A DNA stretch of 64,000 nt, taken from the IMG/VR virus record IMGVR_UViG_3300021387_001438, positions 1 through 64,000 of that record. One strand, 5' to 3'. This stretch comes from a virus (taxonomy: Duplodnaviria > Caudoviricetes). The position numbers and the translations under genes were made by a program. This document shows, piece by piece, positions 39,903-49,734 of the stretch. Under the pieces are notes generated by a model. It made no database searches. It was not told where the DNA came from and saw only the letters and a list, made by a program, of their open reading frames with translations. The first letter of the stretch is position 1, and every line of letters starts with the position of its first letter.

Positions 39903-40308
39903 CTTCCTTAGTAGGACGTTTTAAAACCATACCTGCACTAAAAAGAGTTTCTGATACAGACTTTTTATCTTTGTTAGTATCAAAATATTCTCTTACAAAT
40001 ATATTTTTTTCATCCATAAGAAGTGCTCTGAGTAAAATAAAATAGTTGATACAGTCTAAAAGCTTCTCATCCCATTTTTCCATTGTAAAATTATCATAAT
40101 TTTTAGCCATATCAAAAACTGACATAATGTGTTTTGTTAGATATCCTAATAAAGTATTTACTGAATTAGTATCTAACAATTGTGCACCAGCTTTAAAACT
40201 ATGTAATCTATCACTAGAAAAATCATATTCTTTACTTTTGGAAGCTAATAGTTCTGAACAACTATTTAAGGTATTTTGCAAAACGATATTGAATTCCTTT
40301 GGTGTCAT
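39886..40308 (-). CDS. DUF1599 / nucleotide-modification-associated (NMAD1-like) protein
   Basis: KSKEY..DRLHSFK, KHIMSVFDM and WDEKLLDCINYFILL pattern. Confidence 0.55.
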   Translation of the reverse strand: MTPKEFNIVLQNTLNSCSELLASKSKEYDFSSDRLHSFKAGAQLLDTNSVNTLLGYLTKHIMSVFDMAKNYDNFTMEKWDEKLLDCINYFILLRALLMDEKNIFVREYFDTNKDKKSVSETLFSAGMVLKRPTKEGVQNE

Positions 40309-40516
40309 GTTGTTTAATCCTTTCTGATATTTCTACTAAGTCGTCACTTGAAATTAAAATTTCAAGATTCATCTTAGTCTTAATGTATTCTTCTAAATCA
40401 ATACCAGTATTATATACAATGCCAGTTTCTAATGATTTAAAAGAATTATCATTTATTTTTTCAAATAAGTCAAATTGAGTTTTACCTAATTTAACTAAAG
40501 TATACTTGTTAATCAT
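40262..40516 (-). CDS. Hypothetical protein
   Basis: 84 aa; overlaps the next gene. Confidence 0.45.
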   Translation of the reverse strand: MINKYTLVKLGKTQFDLFEKINDNSFKSLETGIVYNTGIDLEEYIKTKMNLEILISSDDLVEISERIKQHDTKGIQYRFAKYLK

Positions 40517-40523
40517 GTAATCA

Positions 40524-41420
40524 CTATCCTTTCACATGGTCAAACATATAATTAAAATATCTATATTCACGATAGTACCATTTTCTCTTATGGTCTGAAT
40601 CTTTTGATTTAAAGAATGGACTAGATTCAATAATCTTTTTTATCATTTCTTTATCCTTTGTTACATAGCTATAAATATAACTAACAAGATAGAAATCTCT
40701 TTCAGACTCATCTGAATTAGCACCTGGAGCTTTTCCAAACCATATGTTTTGGAAATAGATATTTTGTCTATACTGAGTAGTAACTATTTTTAATAGTTCT
40801 TCTAATGTTCTAGTTTCTTCATAATCACTATAATTTTCGTCTATTTTTAGTTTTTTAGGTCTAAGCATATAAATATCTAAAAAGTCATAAAGAATTGAAT
40901 CTGGACAAATATTTATATCATTATCTGTAATTTTTTTACCTGTGACCGTAACATATCTGTAAGAATTTGACGGCTGGTAAAATTCAATTTCATTTTTAGA
41001 ATTCTTAATATAATAATATTTATTATAATCTTCAATTACTTCTTCATATTTAAATAATATTCTTAAACCCGTTCCACTAAAACTAAATTCAATGTATGCA
41101 ATATCTTTAAACAAATCAATAATCTTTTTTGCTCTCTCATCTGCAGATGATGATTCAAATGGAATACCAAAACAGTGGTCAACATCAATAGCAAATATAT
41201 TGCTGGCTTGAATTGATATTCCAAGTCCTTTATAATCAGGTAATAAATCAATGTTAATATCATAGAAATCAACAAAGTCATTTACATTATTTGGACTAGC
41301 CTTTGAACCATCTTGCTTATGAGGAATTTTATTTTCATCAACTAAGCAAAATCTTAATCCACAGTCTGTTAGTTTGTTATTTGTTAGTATTTGTTGATAT
41401 GTTTCATAAGCATTGTACAT
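40524..41420 (-). CDS. AEP primase-polymerase (PrimPol) with C-terminal helical domain
   Basis: AIDVDHC (DxD), YIEFSFSGTGLRI, RYVTVTG and DESERDF motifs. Confidence 0.8.
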   Translation of the reverse strand: MYNAYETYQQILTNNKLTDCGLRFCLVDENKIPHKQDGSKASPNNVNDFVDFYDINIDLLPDYKGLGISIQASNIFAIDVDHCFGIPFESSSADERAKKIIDLFKDIAYIEFSFSGTGLRILFKYEEVIEDYNKYYYIKNSKNEIEFYQPSNSYRYVTVTGKKITDNDINICPDSILYDFLDIYMLRPKKLKIDENYSDYEETRTLEELLKIVTTQYRQNIYFQNIWFGKAPGANSDESERDFYLVSYIYSYVTKDKEMIKKIIESSPFFKSKDSDHKRKWYYREYRYFNYMFDHVKG

Positions 41421-41441
41421 AGTTGATACCTCACTAGAAAA

Positions 41442-41987
41442 TTATTCTTCTATTAAACCAATAGCCTTAGCTCTCTTCCAAGAAATAATTGACTGCCAAG
41501 TTTTTAATTCACCAGTAGTATTATTTTTCTTAGTTGAGACATTTACATAAATATTTAAACCTTCAATAATATCTAAAGCGTCAAGTAATGTTGCACTTGA
41601 TAAGAAAGCCTCTTTATCAAGAATTGGCTTACCAATTTCATCGCCTTCAAACTTAACCATATCATTGGCAAATCTGTAACACTTCTGCTCATCACTTAAT
41701 ACAAAGTTAATAAATATCTTTCTACCTTTTGTCTTATTGATTAATTCAAATGTAGAATAACCCTTTTCATCAACAACTAAACCTAAACCATCTTCAACAA
41801 CCTTCATAGTTAAACTAACCATTGGTTCACCAGAAGACTTAGTTGTCTTTAGCTCTGCCTTTTCAACTTCACATAAATAATATCCATCAGGTAAATCACT
41901 ATACGAATCATTACCTTCTGGGTCGATTTTATCGACGTCTAACTTTCCTAATAAACTATCTAACTTATCAAAATTAAAATTTTCCAT
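41442..41987 (-). CDS. DUF669-type ssDNA-binding protein
   Basis: LPDGYYLCEVEKAELKTTKSSGEPMVSLTMKV; adjacent to the Sak4-like gene. Confidence 0.7.
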   Translation of the reverse strand: MENFNFDKLDSLLGKLDVDKIDPEGNDSYSDLPDGYYLCEVEKAELKTTKSSGEPMVSLTMKVVEDGLGLVVDEKGYSTFELINKTKGRKIFINFVLSDEQKCYRFANDMVKFEGDEIGKPILDKEAFLSSATLLDALDIIEGLNIYVNVSTKKNNTTGELKTWQSIISWKRAKAIGLIEE

Positions 41988-42005
41988 GTTTTATACCTTC
42001 CTTAA

Positions 42006-43124
42006 TTATTGTTTTGCTGCTTTTGCAGCGGCTAATTTTCTTTTGATTTCAGCAATTTTTTCTTCTTTAGTCATTGCTGTAGTTGGCTTTGGAGTATCAG
42101 CAGGTTTAGCTTCAACTTTAACTGGTTCTTCAACTAGCTGTCTAGCTGGTTCACTTGCAACCTCAGTTGCAGGAGTTGCAGCTCTTCTACCTCTTGTTGA
42201 TTTTGGTTTTACTTCTTTTACAGGTTCTTCTTGCTTTTCATCAGTCTGTTCAATCTGTTGAGTCATAGCTTCAACTTCTGCAACTTTGTCAATCTGTTGA
42301 GTCATGGCTTCAATTTCTGGGTCTTGTTCTTGAACTTCAACAACGACCTTTGGTGGTTCAACAACCTTTGGAGTAGAAATTACTGTAGGTTTTTGTGTAC
42401 TAATAGTTCTAACATTCATATTTGGAGCAGTTAAACCAACTGTTTCAATAAATGTCTTCCAATCTAGTGGAATTTTAGCTGGGAAATTAGTATCAGGAAT
42501 ACCACGAATGACACCATATTCAGTAGTTCCATCTGGAGATAAACTTAAATATCTCTTAATAGTTAAATTTCCATTTTCATCTTCTTCTGGAGTTGCATAG
42601 CAACGAAGACAATATCTAACGCAACCAACGATGTCTGTCCATAGCTTTTCAGAAATTTTATCTGATGGTGCAAACTTTAAATATTCTACACCACGCTTGT
42701 CTTTATTCTTGATTGTTACACCATGAGTAAGTAGTATAATGTTCTTTGATTTATTGATTAAAGATTTAATAGTCAAGAAGAAATCCTTTCTAACTTGCTT
42801 ATAACCTTTACCATAACCTAAATCTGATAAGTCTGTTATCTTATTTGCTCTAATATATTCTTCTTCACACCATAAATATAGGTCTTCAATTAGGTCAACA
42901 ACAATTGTATCATAATCATCAAAGCTTCTATTAAATACATCTTTAGCTTCTTTCCAAGATTCAACCTTAATATGGTCTTCTTCTTTAGCTCCCCAATCTT
43001 CTAGGTAAGCATAATTATCATCAGTACAAATAAAGAATGGTTTACTTATACCATTTGCATAGGCGAATACTGATTTACCAACACCAGGTTCACCATAAAA
43101 AATAGCCTTAATTGTTTTATTCAT
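42006..43124 (-). CDS. AAA_24 / Sak4-like ATPase with low-complexity C-terminal tail
   Basis: FYGEPGVGKS Walker A, TIVVD Walker B, LGYGKGY motif. Confidence 0.8.
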   Translation of the reverse strand: MNKTIKAIFYGEPGVGKSVFAYANGISKPFFICTDDNYAYLEDWGAKEEDHIKVESWKEAKDVFNRSFDDYDTIVVDLIEDLYLWCEEEYIRANKITDLSDLGYGKGYKQVRKDFFLTIKSLINKSKNIILLTHGVTIKNKDKRGVEYLKFAPSDKISEKLWTDIVGCVRYCLRCYATPEEDENGNLTIKRYLSLSPDGTTEYGVIRGIPDTNFPAKIPLDWKTFIETVGLTAPNMNVRTISTQKPTVISTPKVVEPPKVVVEVQEQDPEIEAMTQQIDKVAEVEAMTQQIEQTDEKQEEPVKEVKPKSTRGRRAATPATEVASEPARQLVEEPVKVEAKPADTPKPTTAMTKEEKIAEIKRKLAAAKAAKQ

Positions 43125-43136
43125 TTTAATCTCCTT

Positions 43137-43484
43137 TTATTTTTCAATAATTTGTGTTGAATTCTTTTTAATTTGTTTTAAAATTGCATTCTCAGAAATA
43201 TCTTGATATGTAATCATCAAAACATTTATTGCGTTTTGTACTGCAATCAAATGAGCCTTATCTCCTAATTTAATCCAATAGTTAATTGCCATTGGAGTAA
43301 TTGTAATTCTTTTGATTGGAGTATTAATTGTAAAGCTTTCAAGTATAGAATGAATATTTTCTCTTGCACAACTTGATGTTTTTACTCCTAACACAGTTGG
43401 ATTTAACATTCTAAATGAATACTTTTCAACTAAATAATCAAGTTCTTCTTTCGAAAGAATTTTAATATTTTTTGGATTTGACAT
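43137..43484 (-). CDS. Hypothetical protein
   Basis: 115 aa; RBS AAGGAG. Confidence 0.6.
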   Translation of the reverse strand: MSNPKNIKILSKEELDYLVEKYSFRMLNPTVLGVKTSSCARENIHSILESFTINTPIKRITITPMAINYWIKLGDKAHLIAVQNAINVLMITYQDISENAILKQIKKNSTQIIEK

Positions 43485-43541
43485 TTATATCTCCTTTCAT
43501 CAAAATTTTATTACTTACATTTTAACTTACTTACATTTATA

Positions 43542-43569
43542 ATTATATCACAAACTTATAATAAGTAAA
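43542..43569 (-). promoter_or_regulatory. Promoter TTTACT-N16-TATAAT with extended -10
   Basis: - strand TTTACT...TGATATAAT. Confidence 0.55.
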
Positions 43570-43580
43570 TAGCTAAATGA

Positions 43581-44726
43581 TTATTTTTTCAAAATATCTT
43601 CTTTACCTTTATAATAATTATAAGTTAGAAAATATTTATCAAGTAATTCATCATTACAAATATATTCTTGTTTTAAAGCCTCTTTAATATCTTCCCAATT
43701 ATCAACTGGCTCAAAATCAACACTTCTGAATCCATCAAGAAGTTCTTTAAAATCAGAATAGTGATTCAATACATTTTTATGGTCTATTGTCATCATATCG
43801 ATATCAACACAGTCTCTGACTTTTAATTCACCTAAATCTTCATCATAAAGTGTGTCTTCAATTTCATACAATAAAAATGCATTTTCAGTATGATAGAAAA
43901 TATCATAATACTCTGATGGTCCATAAATTCCATTTGCATTAGAATAATTGATAAAATAGCATTCATTTTCTTCTAAAATCTGTGCTGTATCTGCCATAAC
44001 AGATAAATTATTAATATAATCATCAATAACAGATTGAGAAAATTCATTAGGAGAATATGTATGATGATAAAGTAATCCTTCATTAATATCATATTCTGTC
44101 TTTAATCTCATCATAAAACTATCCAAATTCTCATTTTTCTTTTGTTTTATTTTTGACTTGATTAAACTTATTATACCAATCTTATAAACTGGAACATCTG
44201 GAAAATTATGCTTTAATAAAAATATATATCTATAAATCTGTTCCAAATATTTATTCCAATCTGGAGCTTCACTTGCTGTTTTATAATCTATAATAATAAA
44301 TCCTTTATCAGTAAGTAATAGTAAATCAATAATTCCCATGAAAGTATGGTCTTTATCAAATCTAAATGATTTAAGTGGAGCATACAAAGTTAATTCATGC
44401 ATTTCTTCATAGCATTCTAACTGTTCTCCAGTTTCTTCATCTTTTAAAATCTCTGATAAAATTTCATTTTTATGGATTAAATATCCATGTACCATTGATT
44501 CTGCTAAACACTGTTGTGGTGTATACTGTCCTTTATCATAAAAACTTCCGTGTTCATTAAAGTATTCTAATAAATCTTCAGTATTATTTTCAATTCCCCA
44601 ATGTACAGCAGAACCAATAGCTAGGGCCGGTTTTGTAACTTTTAAATGTATTTTTTGTTTATAATTTAAATAAAATGACATTGGACATTCAAACATTTTA
44701 TTTAATTTAGAATGTGATAAAAACAT
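43581..44726 (-). CDS. PD-(D/E)XK exonuclease (Cas4/RecB-like)
   Basis: LSHSKLNKMFECP, GSAVH, GIIDLL, IIDYKT, Q..RY; RBS GGAGG before ATG 44726. Confidence 0.8.
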   Translation of the reverse strand: MFLSHSKLNKMFECPMSFYLNYKQKIHLKVTKPALAIGSAVHWGIENNTEDLLEYFNEHGSFYDKGQYTPQQCLAESMVHGYLIHKNEILSEILKDEETGEQLECYEEMHELTLYAPLKSFRFDKDHTFMGIIDLLLLTDKGFIIIDYKTASEAPDWNKYLEQIYRYIFLLKHNFPDVPVYKIGIISLIKSKIKQKKNENLDSFMMRLKTEYDINEGLLYHHTYSPNEFSQSVIDDYINNLSVMADTAQILEENECYFINYSNANGIYGPSEYYDIFYHTENAFLLYEIEDTLYDEDLGELKVRDCVDIDMMTIDHKNVLNHYSDFKELLDGFRSVDFEPVDNWEDIKEALKQEYICNDELLDKYFLTYNYYKGKEDILKK

Positions 44727-44846
44727 ATAATTCCTCCTAATTTTTGGTAAATAAAAATGTATACCATAATTTCTTATGGTATACATCAATCAGAAGATTA
44801 AAACAAATAACAAACTAGTAACAAACTTATCATGTTTGTCAAGATT

Positions 44847-44877
44847 ATTATATAGTCAATCTTTTTGAAATGCTACC
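44847..44877 (-). promoter_or_regulatory. Promoter GGTAGCAT-N17-TATAAT
   Basis: Reverse complement of ATTATA (44847-44852) - N17 - ATGCTACC (44870-44877). Confidence 0.6.
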
Positions 44878-44887
44878 AAAAGATAAC

Positions 44888-45100
44888 TTAATCGTTTAAA
44901 ATAATATAATCAATTTCTGTTTTATCGATTATAATATTTTCAGTTAGCTTAACATATCTTTGTGGAGAATTTAATGTTTCTTGTAATTCATCAAAAAATT
45001 CAACTGGGTCACCATTGACCTTTATTTTACAAAATAATTTTTTGTTTTTCTTTTTATATACGCTAATTGATTTTTCTGGATTAATCGTTGTCGTTATCAT
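44888..45100 (-). CDS. Hypothetical protein
   Basis: 70 aa ORF in a packed operon. Confidence 0.5.
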   Translation of the reverse strand: MITTTINPEKSISVYKKKNKKLFCKIKVNGDPVEFFDELQETLNSPQRYVKLTENIIIDKTEIDYIILND

Positions 45101-45290
45101 CTAGCACATCTCCTTCATAAATAACATGACCAGTTTCTTTATCTCTATAAATTTTTCCTTTTTTAATTAGTCTAAAGAATTCTTTTTTAGAATCAGTTTT
45201 TGATGGTTTTCTATTGGTAATCTTACACCAATTTATATAATCAATCGAACTAACTCCAGTAATTCTTAGACTTTCTTCATTAATATACAC
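45081..45290 (-). CDS. Hypothetical protein
   Basis: 69 aa; RBS GGAGG. Confidence 0.5.
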   Translation of the reverse strand: MYINEESLRITGVSSIDYINWCKITNRKPSKTDSKKEFFRLIKKGKIYRDKETGHVIYEGDVLDDNDND

Positions 45291-45291
45291 T

Positions 45292-45843
45292 TTATTTACC
45301 TCCTTGTATTACATCTAGCATTGCTCTTAATTCTTCAGCAGAGCAGTTTTTAACATCTGTAACTGTATTTTCTGGAACAATATCTAATACTTCAGGACTG
45401 TCAATTACCTTTGATTGAGCATCATGAATTTTTAATATCATATCCATATATCTTAATTTAAGTTTACCGTCAACTCTTTCATGTTCAGGACATTCATCCA
45501 TAACTATACTTGATGCATAACCGCCAAGTTCACTTAAAGTTAACATTTTTCTTGAAAGCTGTTGATGTTTTATTGCCGAGTTTATTCTTACAATTTCTTC
45601 TCTAATACCATATTTAAAATAAATTTTTTGAAGCTCTACTTCTGGAATTTTCAAAATTTTACCAACAACCTTAATATCATTATATTCTACCATATATTTT
45701 ACAAATAATTTTTCTTTGTTTGTAAATCCATATTCACCAATTGGGTCCGCTTCTAATGAATAGGTTGGTTCTGTTGATAATTTATTGTCATATTCTTTTT
45801 GGATTTTACCTAAATCCATATCTTCATTTTTATCATTTCCCAT
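45292..45843 (-). CDS. Putative terminase small subunit
   Basis: FTNKEKLFVKYMVEY HTH-like start, LTLSELGGYASSIVMD and KLRYMDMILK resemble the Terminase_2 layout. Confidence 0.45.
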   Translation of the reverse strand: MGNDKNEDMDLGKIQKEYDNKLSTEPTYSLEADPIGEYGFTNKEKLFVKYMVEYNDIKVVGKILKIPEVELQKIYFKYGIREEIVRINSAIKHQQLSRKMLTLSELGGYASSIVMDECPEHERVDGKLKLRYMDMILKIHDAQSKVIDSPEVLDIVPENTVTDVKNCSAEELRAMLDVIQGGK

Positions 45844-45849
45844 TATTTA

Positions 45850-47571
45850 TCAGCTCCCTAAAATTTTTATTTTTCCATTTATAAACGCTACTTTAATATA
45901 GGCCGCATTCATACCCATCTTTTTTGGTTCAACATTATATATCTTCTTTAATCCTTGAGAAAATGATATAGCTGAACCAGTATATCTTACAATTTGTCTT
46001 AATAATTGAAGATTAATATAAACATCATTTTCTAGGAAATAACTAATATAATCTTCTTCAGAAACAAGGAATTTATCAATCATATCTTCATAACTAAATA
46101 TACCCATTTTCTTAATAGTTGGAGAAGCGTGCAATTTTTTACAGTTCATATCATAAAATAATTCTTTACAATTTTCTTTGTTATTTGCATTCTCATGAAT
46201 AAATGAGTTAATTCTATCAATTGTTATACAATCAATAGCATCTTTTAATGTGAAGTCGATATCACTATAAGACATCTTCCAATCATTTTCAGTAAATTCA
46301 AAATTTCTTTTGAAACAGTTTGTTCCTAACATGATACCATACATAGCAAAATAAATATATATTATTGTGTTACTAACATCATCTTTTAATTCTTTTAAAC
46401 TATCTGAGAATGTTGTATCATAATAATCTCCTTTTTTAAGAAATCTTTTTTCTTTATCATATGTATAATAAATTTCAAATATATTTATTCTTCTTCTAAA
46501 ACCATTTGTTGTATCACTAAATTTAATTTTTTCTTGGTCATTACCAGCAAAAATAAATTTACAATTAAGAATTGTTGAATACTTATCAACACCTTTATGT
46601 TCAGCAAATTGTAGCATTGAACCTGTCAAAGCTTTAATCATTTTAGATTCTGTATATGTTTTTGCTGAAGTTTCAAGGAAAATATTATGTGAATGATTTT
46701 CAAGTGAACCAACTATGAATCTATCTGCTTCGATATCATCAAGGCTGTTTGCAGCTACTCTTGGAATAACCCTATTCGAAAAGCAACCATCAAACAATGA
46801 ATTTTTACCATTTTGGCCAGCACCAATTAGCATAACGAAATACTGACTAAATGATTGTAATACTGTATATCCTAATATCTCACATAAATGTTTGAATCTT
46901 TGCATACTAAACTTATGACAATCATTAAATGACATATTATATAGAAGCTCAAAGCAATAATTCTTTTGAGTTTCATTTAATTCTCTTAATAAATCAACAA
47001 ATTCTTCAAGTGAAAAATCCTTGATATTAATATCTAATGGTTCAAATTCAAAATTAAAATACCAATGAATGATATATTTGCTATCATAAATATAAATTTT
47101 ATTTGCACATTGTGGAACAGAAATTATTTTATATTTAAATAGCCAATCATTTTTATCAAAATCAAATACACCATTTCTAAATGCAACTTGACTATCTGAT
47201 AATTCATAGACTCTTACTGCATCCGTTTCATCATCGATACCAACTTTAATAAGAGAAGTTTTAATATTTTTTGTGAATGATGCAACAATATCAGCAATTC
47301 TATCTTCACCTTCATCTGAAGGAGTTGTAAAATATTTGTATCTTAGTAAAGCATAAAGATTATCAATTAAGATTTCTTTTGCTTCTTTTAAACCACAAAA
47401 TTTATAATTTATTTGGTCAAATCTTTTTGCCAAATAATTTTCATCATATACATAAACTTGACACTCTTGAGCTAATAATGGTCGCCAATCAACAAGACTC
47501 ATTTTCATATAAATTTGTTTTTGTTGAACATTGTTTGCCAAGTTTGCAACACTGTTTTGCAAATTTACCAC
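45850..47571 (-). CDS. D5-like SF3 helicase (primase-associated)
   Basis: VAFRNGVFD, GAGQNGKNS Walker A, IKALTG, KFIFAGN, GFRRRI. Confidence 0.8.
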   Translation of the reverse strand: MVNLQNSVANLANNVQQKQIYMKMSLVDWRPLLAQECQVYVYDENYLAKRFDQINYKFCGLKEAKEILIDNLYALLRYKYFTTPSDEGEDRIADIVASFTKNIKTSLIKVGIDDETDAVRVYELSDSQVAFRNGVFDFDKNDWLFKYKIISVPQCANKIYIYDSKYIIHWYFNFEFEPLDINIKDFSLEEFVDLLRELNETQKNYCFELLYNMSFNDCHKFSMQRFKHLCEILGYTVLQSFSQYFVMLIGAGQNGKNSLFDGCFSNRVIPRVAANSLDDIEADRFIVGSLENHSHNIFLETSAKTYTESKMIKALTGSMLQFAEHKGVDKYSTILNCKFIFAGNDQEKIKFSDTTNGFRRRINIFEIYYTYDKEKRFLKKGDYYDTTFSDSLKELKDDVSNTIIYIYFAMYGIMLGTNCFKRNFEFTENDWKMSYSDIDFTLKDAIDCITIDRINSFIHENANNKENCKELFYDMNCKKLHASPTIKKMGIFSYEDMIDKFLVSEEDYISYFLENDVYINLQLLRQIVRYTGSAISFSQGLKKIYNVEPKKMGMNAAYIKVAFINGKIKILGS

Positions 47572-47578
47572 CTACTTT

Positions 47579-47872
47579 TTAAATACTTAAAATATAACCT
47601 ATTGTACCATATGTCATATTGGTACTAATATTTTCACTTTCATGAATAGTGATTTCTTCAACCTTTAATATTCTTTTTAAAGTCTCAAGATTAATTTTAT
47701 TTAATGTGTTATCATTAATAAAACAATTTCCATAAGTTGATAGATTTCTACAAATCCACTTATATTTTGTTTCCAATTCTGATGGAAGTTTCTTTTTAGT
47801 TTCTTTACTAATTTCTTTTAACTCTTCATCAATCCCATAAAACTTAATTTTATCACTTACACTTTGTCTCAT
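47579..47872 (-). CDS. Hypothetical protein
   Basis: 97 aa ORF. Confidence 0.55.
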   Translation of the reverse strand: MRQSVSDKIKFYGIDEELKEISKETKKKLPSELETKYKWICRNLSTYGNCFINDNTLNKINLETLKRILKVEEITIHESENISTNMTYGTIGYILSI

Positions 47873-47873
47873 A

Positions 47874-48470
47874 TTATCTTGGCCAATCCTTAATATTATA
47901 ATTATTTTTTATAATCCATTTTCTTGTTGTAATAATTATTTCTGTAAAAAGCTTGTTTGTTATGTTTGGTAAATTTTCTAGTGTTGAATAATTGTATGTT
48001 AATAGTTCATTAATTGTTTTAATCTTATTGGTTTTTAAAAATTTAATTATTTTATTTGATGTATTTAGTTTTTCAATTGGAATATTCTCTTCAATAAAAT
48101 ATTCATCAATAATATTTCCTGCTACAATAGTTCCATTTTTAGTATTAATTTCTAATGGTTTTATTTCAGTTCTTTTTGGTAATAAAAATTTTTCTCTTAT
48201 TTCATCTGTTTTTAATACTTTAAATGTTGCTGCTAAATTTTCTTGAACTTCTCTTATACTGATTTTATATTTATTTGAGATTTCTTCATAAGATTTATTA
48301 TTTTTATAAATGTCTAATAAAATATTTATTGCATTATCTTTAAATAAATTTTTATGTGAACTATATACATTATATAAAATTTTTTCAAAATTGTTAATAT
48401 CAAATTTATCTAATTCATTATAATCTTTTGCAATGGCACCAAGTATAAAAATTTTATATGGATACATCAT
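47874..48470 (-). CDS. Sigma-region-4-like HTH fused to an RNA polymerase alpha-CTD-like domain
   Basis: KSYEEISNKYKISIREVQENL (HTH) and IPIEKLNTSNKIIKFLKTNKIKTINELLTYNYSTLENLPNI (alpha-CTD pattern). Confidence 0.6.
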   Translation of the reverse strand: MMYPYKIFILGAIAKDYNELDKFDINNFEKILYNVYSSHKNLFKDNAINILLDIYKNNKSYEEISNKYKISIREVQENLAATFKVLKTDEIREKFLLPKRTEIKPLEINTKNGTIVAGNIIDEYFIEENIPIEKLNTSNKIIKFLKTNKIKTINELLTYNYSTLENLPNITNKLFTEIIITTRKWIIKNNYNIKDWPR

Positions 48471-48760
48471 ACTCCTCCATGATAAATTTTGATATCACCA
48501 TTAGGAGACATTACTACTTTTTTAACATCACCAATTCTACTTCCTCTAACTACAACGGATTTATCTGCTGCACAACCAGATTCTTTTGAATCCTTAAAAA
48601 GTTCTTGTGGATTTACATCAATACCAATATTATCTGGTTCTGATTGCTTGTTAAGCACATCTCTACCAGGACCCATAATAGTATTAATTATATGATTTCT
48701 GTAAGCTTCATCATCATTAATATCAAATCCATAAAGCATAATTGATAATCTTTTATCCAT
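48467..48760 (-). CDS. Hypothetical protein
   Basis: 97 aa; TGA stop overlaps next ATG. Confidence 0.55.
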   Translation of the reverse strand: MDKRLSIMLYGFDINDDEAYRNHIINTIMGPGRDVLNKQSEPDNIGIDVNPQELFKDSKESGCAADKSVVVRGSRIGDVKKVVMSPNGDIKIYHGGV

Positions 48761-48774
48761 AATTATTCTCCTTT

Positions 48775-49098
48775 CTATTCTTTAATAAGCTTAATTAAAA
48801 TTTTCCAATATTTTCCGTTTTCATCAAAGTCTGGGTCTTTGAAAAGGGTATTCTCAAAAAGTTGAAATTTACTTAAAATTATTTCTTCTATGACCTTTTC
48901 AGGTACTTGTGCTTCTCGTAATGATGAAACGATATCTGGTTTTGAGTTAATTACATATTCTACATCATTTATAACAAGAGACATACCAAGTGGTGGCTTA
49001 CCTGTTATCGCTTTTCCAACAGCATCTCTTAACTCTAAAGAGTCATAGAATCCTTCAATATATCTATATGAGTCATCAAAATTCTGGTACATTGGCAT
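48775..49098 (-). CDS. Hypothetical protein
   Basis: 107 aa ORF. Confidence 0.55.
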   Translation of the reverse strand: MPMYQNFDDSYRYIEGFYDSLELRDAVGKAITGKPPLGMSLVINDVEYVINSKPDIVSSLREAQVPEKVIEEIILSKFQLFENTLFKDPDFDENGKYWKILIKLIKE

Positions 49099-49505
49099 TA
49101 TGCGACACCATCACATTCTGATGAGGTAAAGAAATCATCATCTGATTTATTTGTAAGTCCCATAAGTTCTGGCAAATTTGACATTGTATACTCAAGAGCT
49201 TCAGGAATTGCTGCATTTAACATTGTATTAAATAGCTTTGTTAATAGATTTATACTTTCAATTTCTTCTTTTGTTTTACCTTTTATACTGTTAAACTGTA
49301 AATCATTTAATTCATCAACTAATTTTCCAGTATATGCTTGTAAAATATCAACTACCATGCTGGCAAATTCAGTCATACCAATTGGTTTTATTTCTGCATC
49401 ATCAGGAATATTATTATCTTCAATTATCTTTTTGATTTTTTCATCAACCATATTATCACCTTCCATATAAATATAAATCAAATTCTTCATTCGGTTGATA
49501 CACAA
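49098..49505 (-). CDS. Hypothetical protein
   Basis: Acidic ORF; true start likely MVDEK. Confidence 0.55.
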   Translation of the reverse strand: MCINRMKNLIYIYMEGDNMVDEKIKKIIEDNNIPDDAEIKPIGMTEFASMVVDILQAYTGKLVDELNDLQFNSIKGKTKEEIESINLLTKLFNTMLNAAIPEALEYTMSNLPELMGLTNKSDDDFFTSSECDGVA

Positions 49506-49734
49506 ATCCAGGTAAATCCCAACGAGATTTTACAACTTTTCTTTTAGATTTTGCATATCGACCTTCAAGTCCATCTGTTGTAGAATTTATAGTTTTACTA
49601 ATTTTTGTGCAATTACATCTGTCACATTTTTGGTCTTTATCTTTTAATCCTATAACAATATGACCACATTCCATTAAATACATTTTATTTGTCTTTCTCA
49701 ATAACAACCACGCTCCAATTATAGACTGTACCAC
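49456..49734 (-). CDS. Small Cys-rich (zinc-ribbon-like) protein
   Basis: ECGH...CDRCNC; true start likely MYLMECG. Confidence 0.45.
   Translation of the reverse strand: MVQSIIGAWLLLRKTNKMYLMECGHIVIGLKDKDQKCDRCNCTKISKTINSTTDGLEGRYAKSKRKVVKSRWDLPGFVYQPNEEFDLYLYGR

Noticed and set aside
43581-44726. Treating the Cas4-like nuclease as part of the RAMP system
   Set aside because: It is 16 kb away in the standard Sak4/DUF669 recombination module, where such exonucleases are routine
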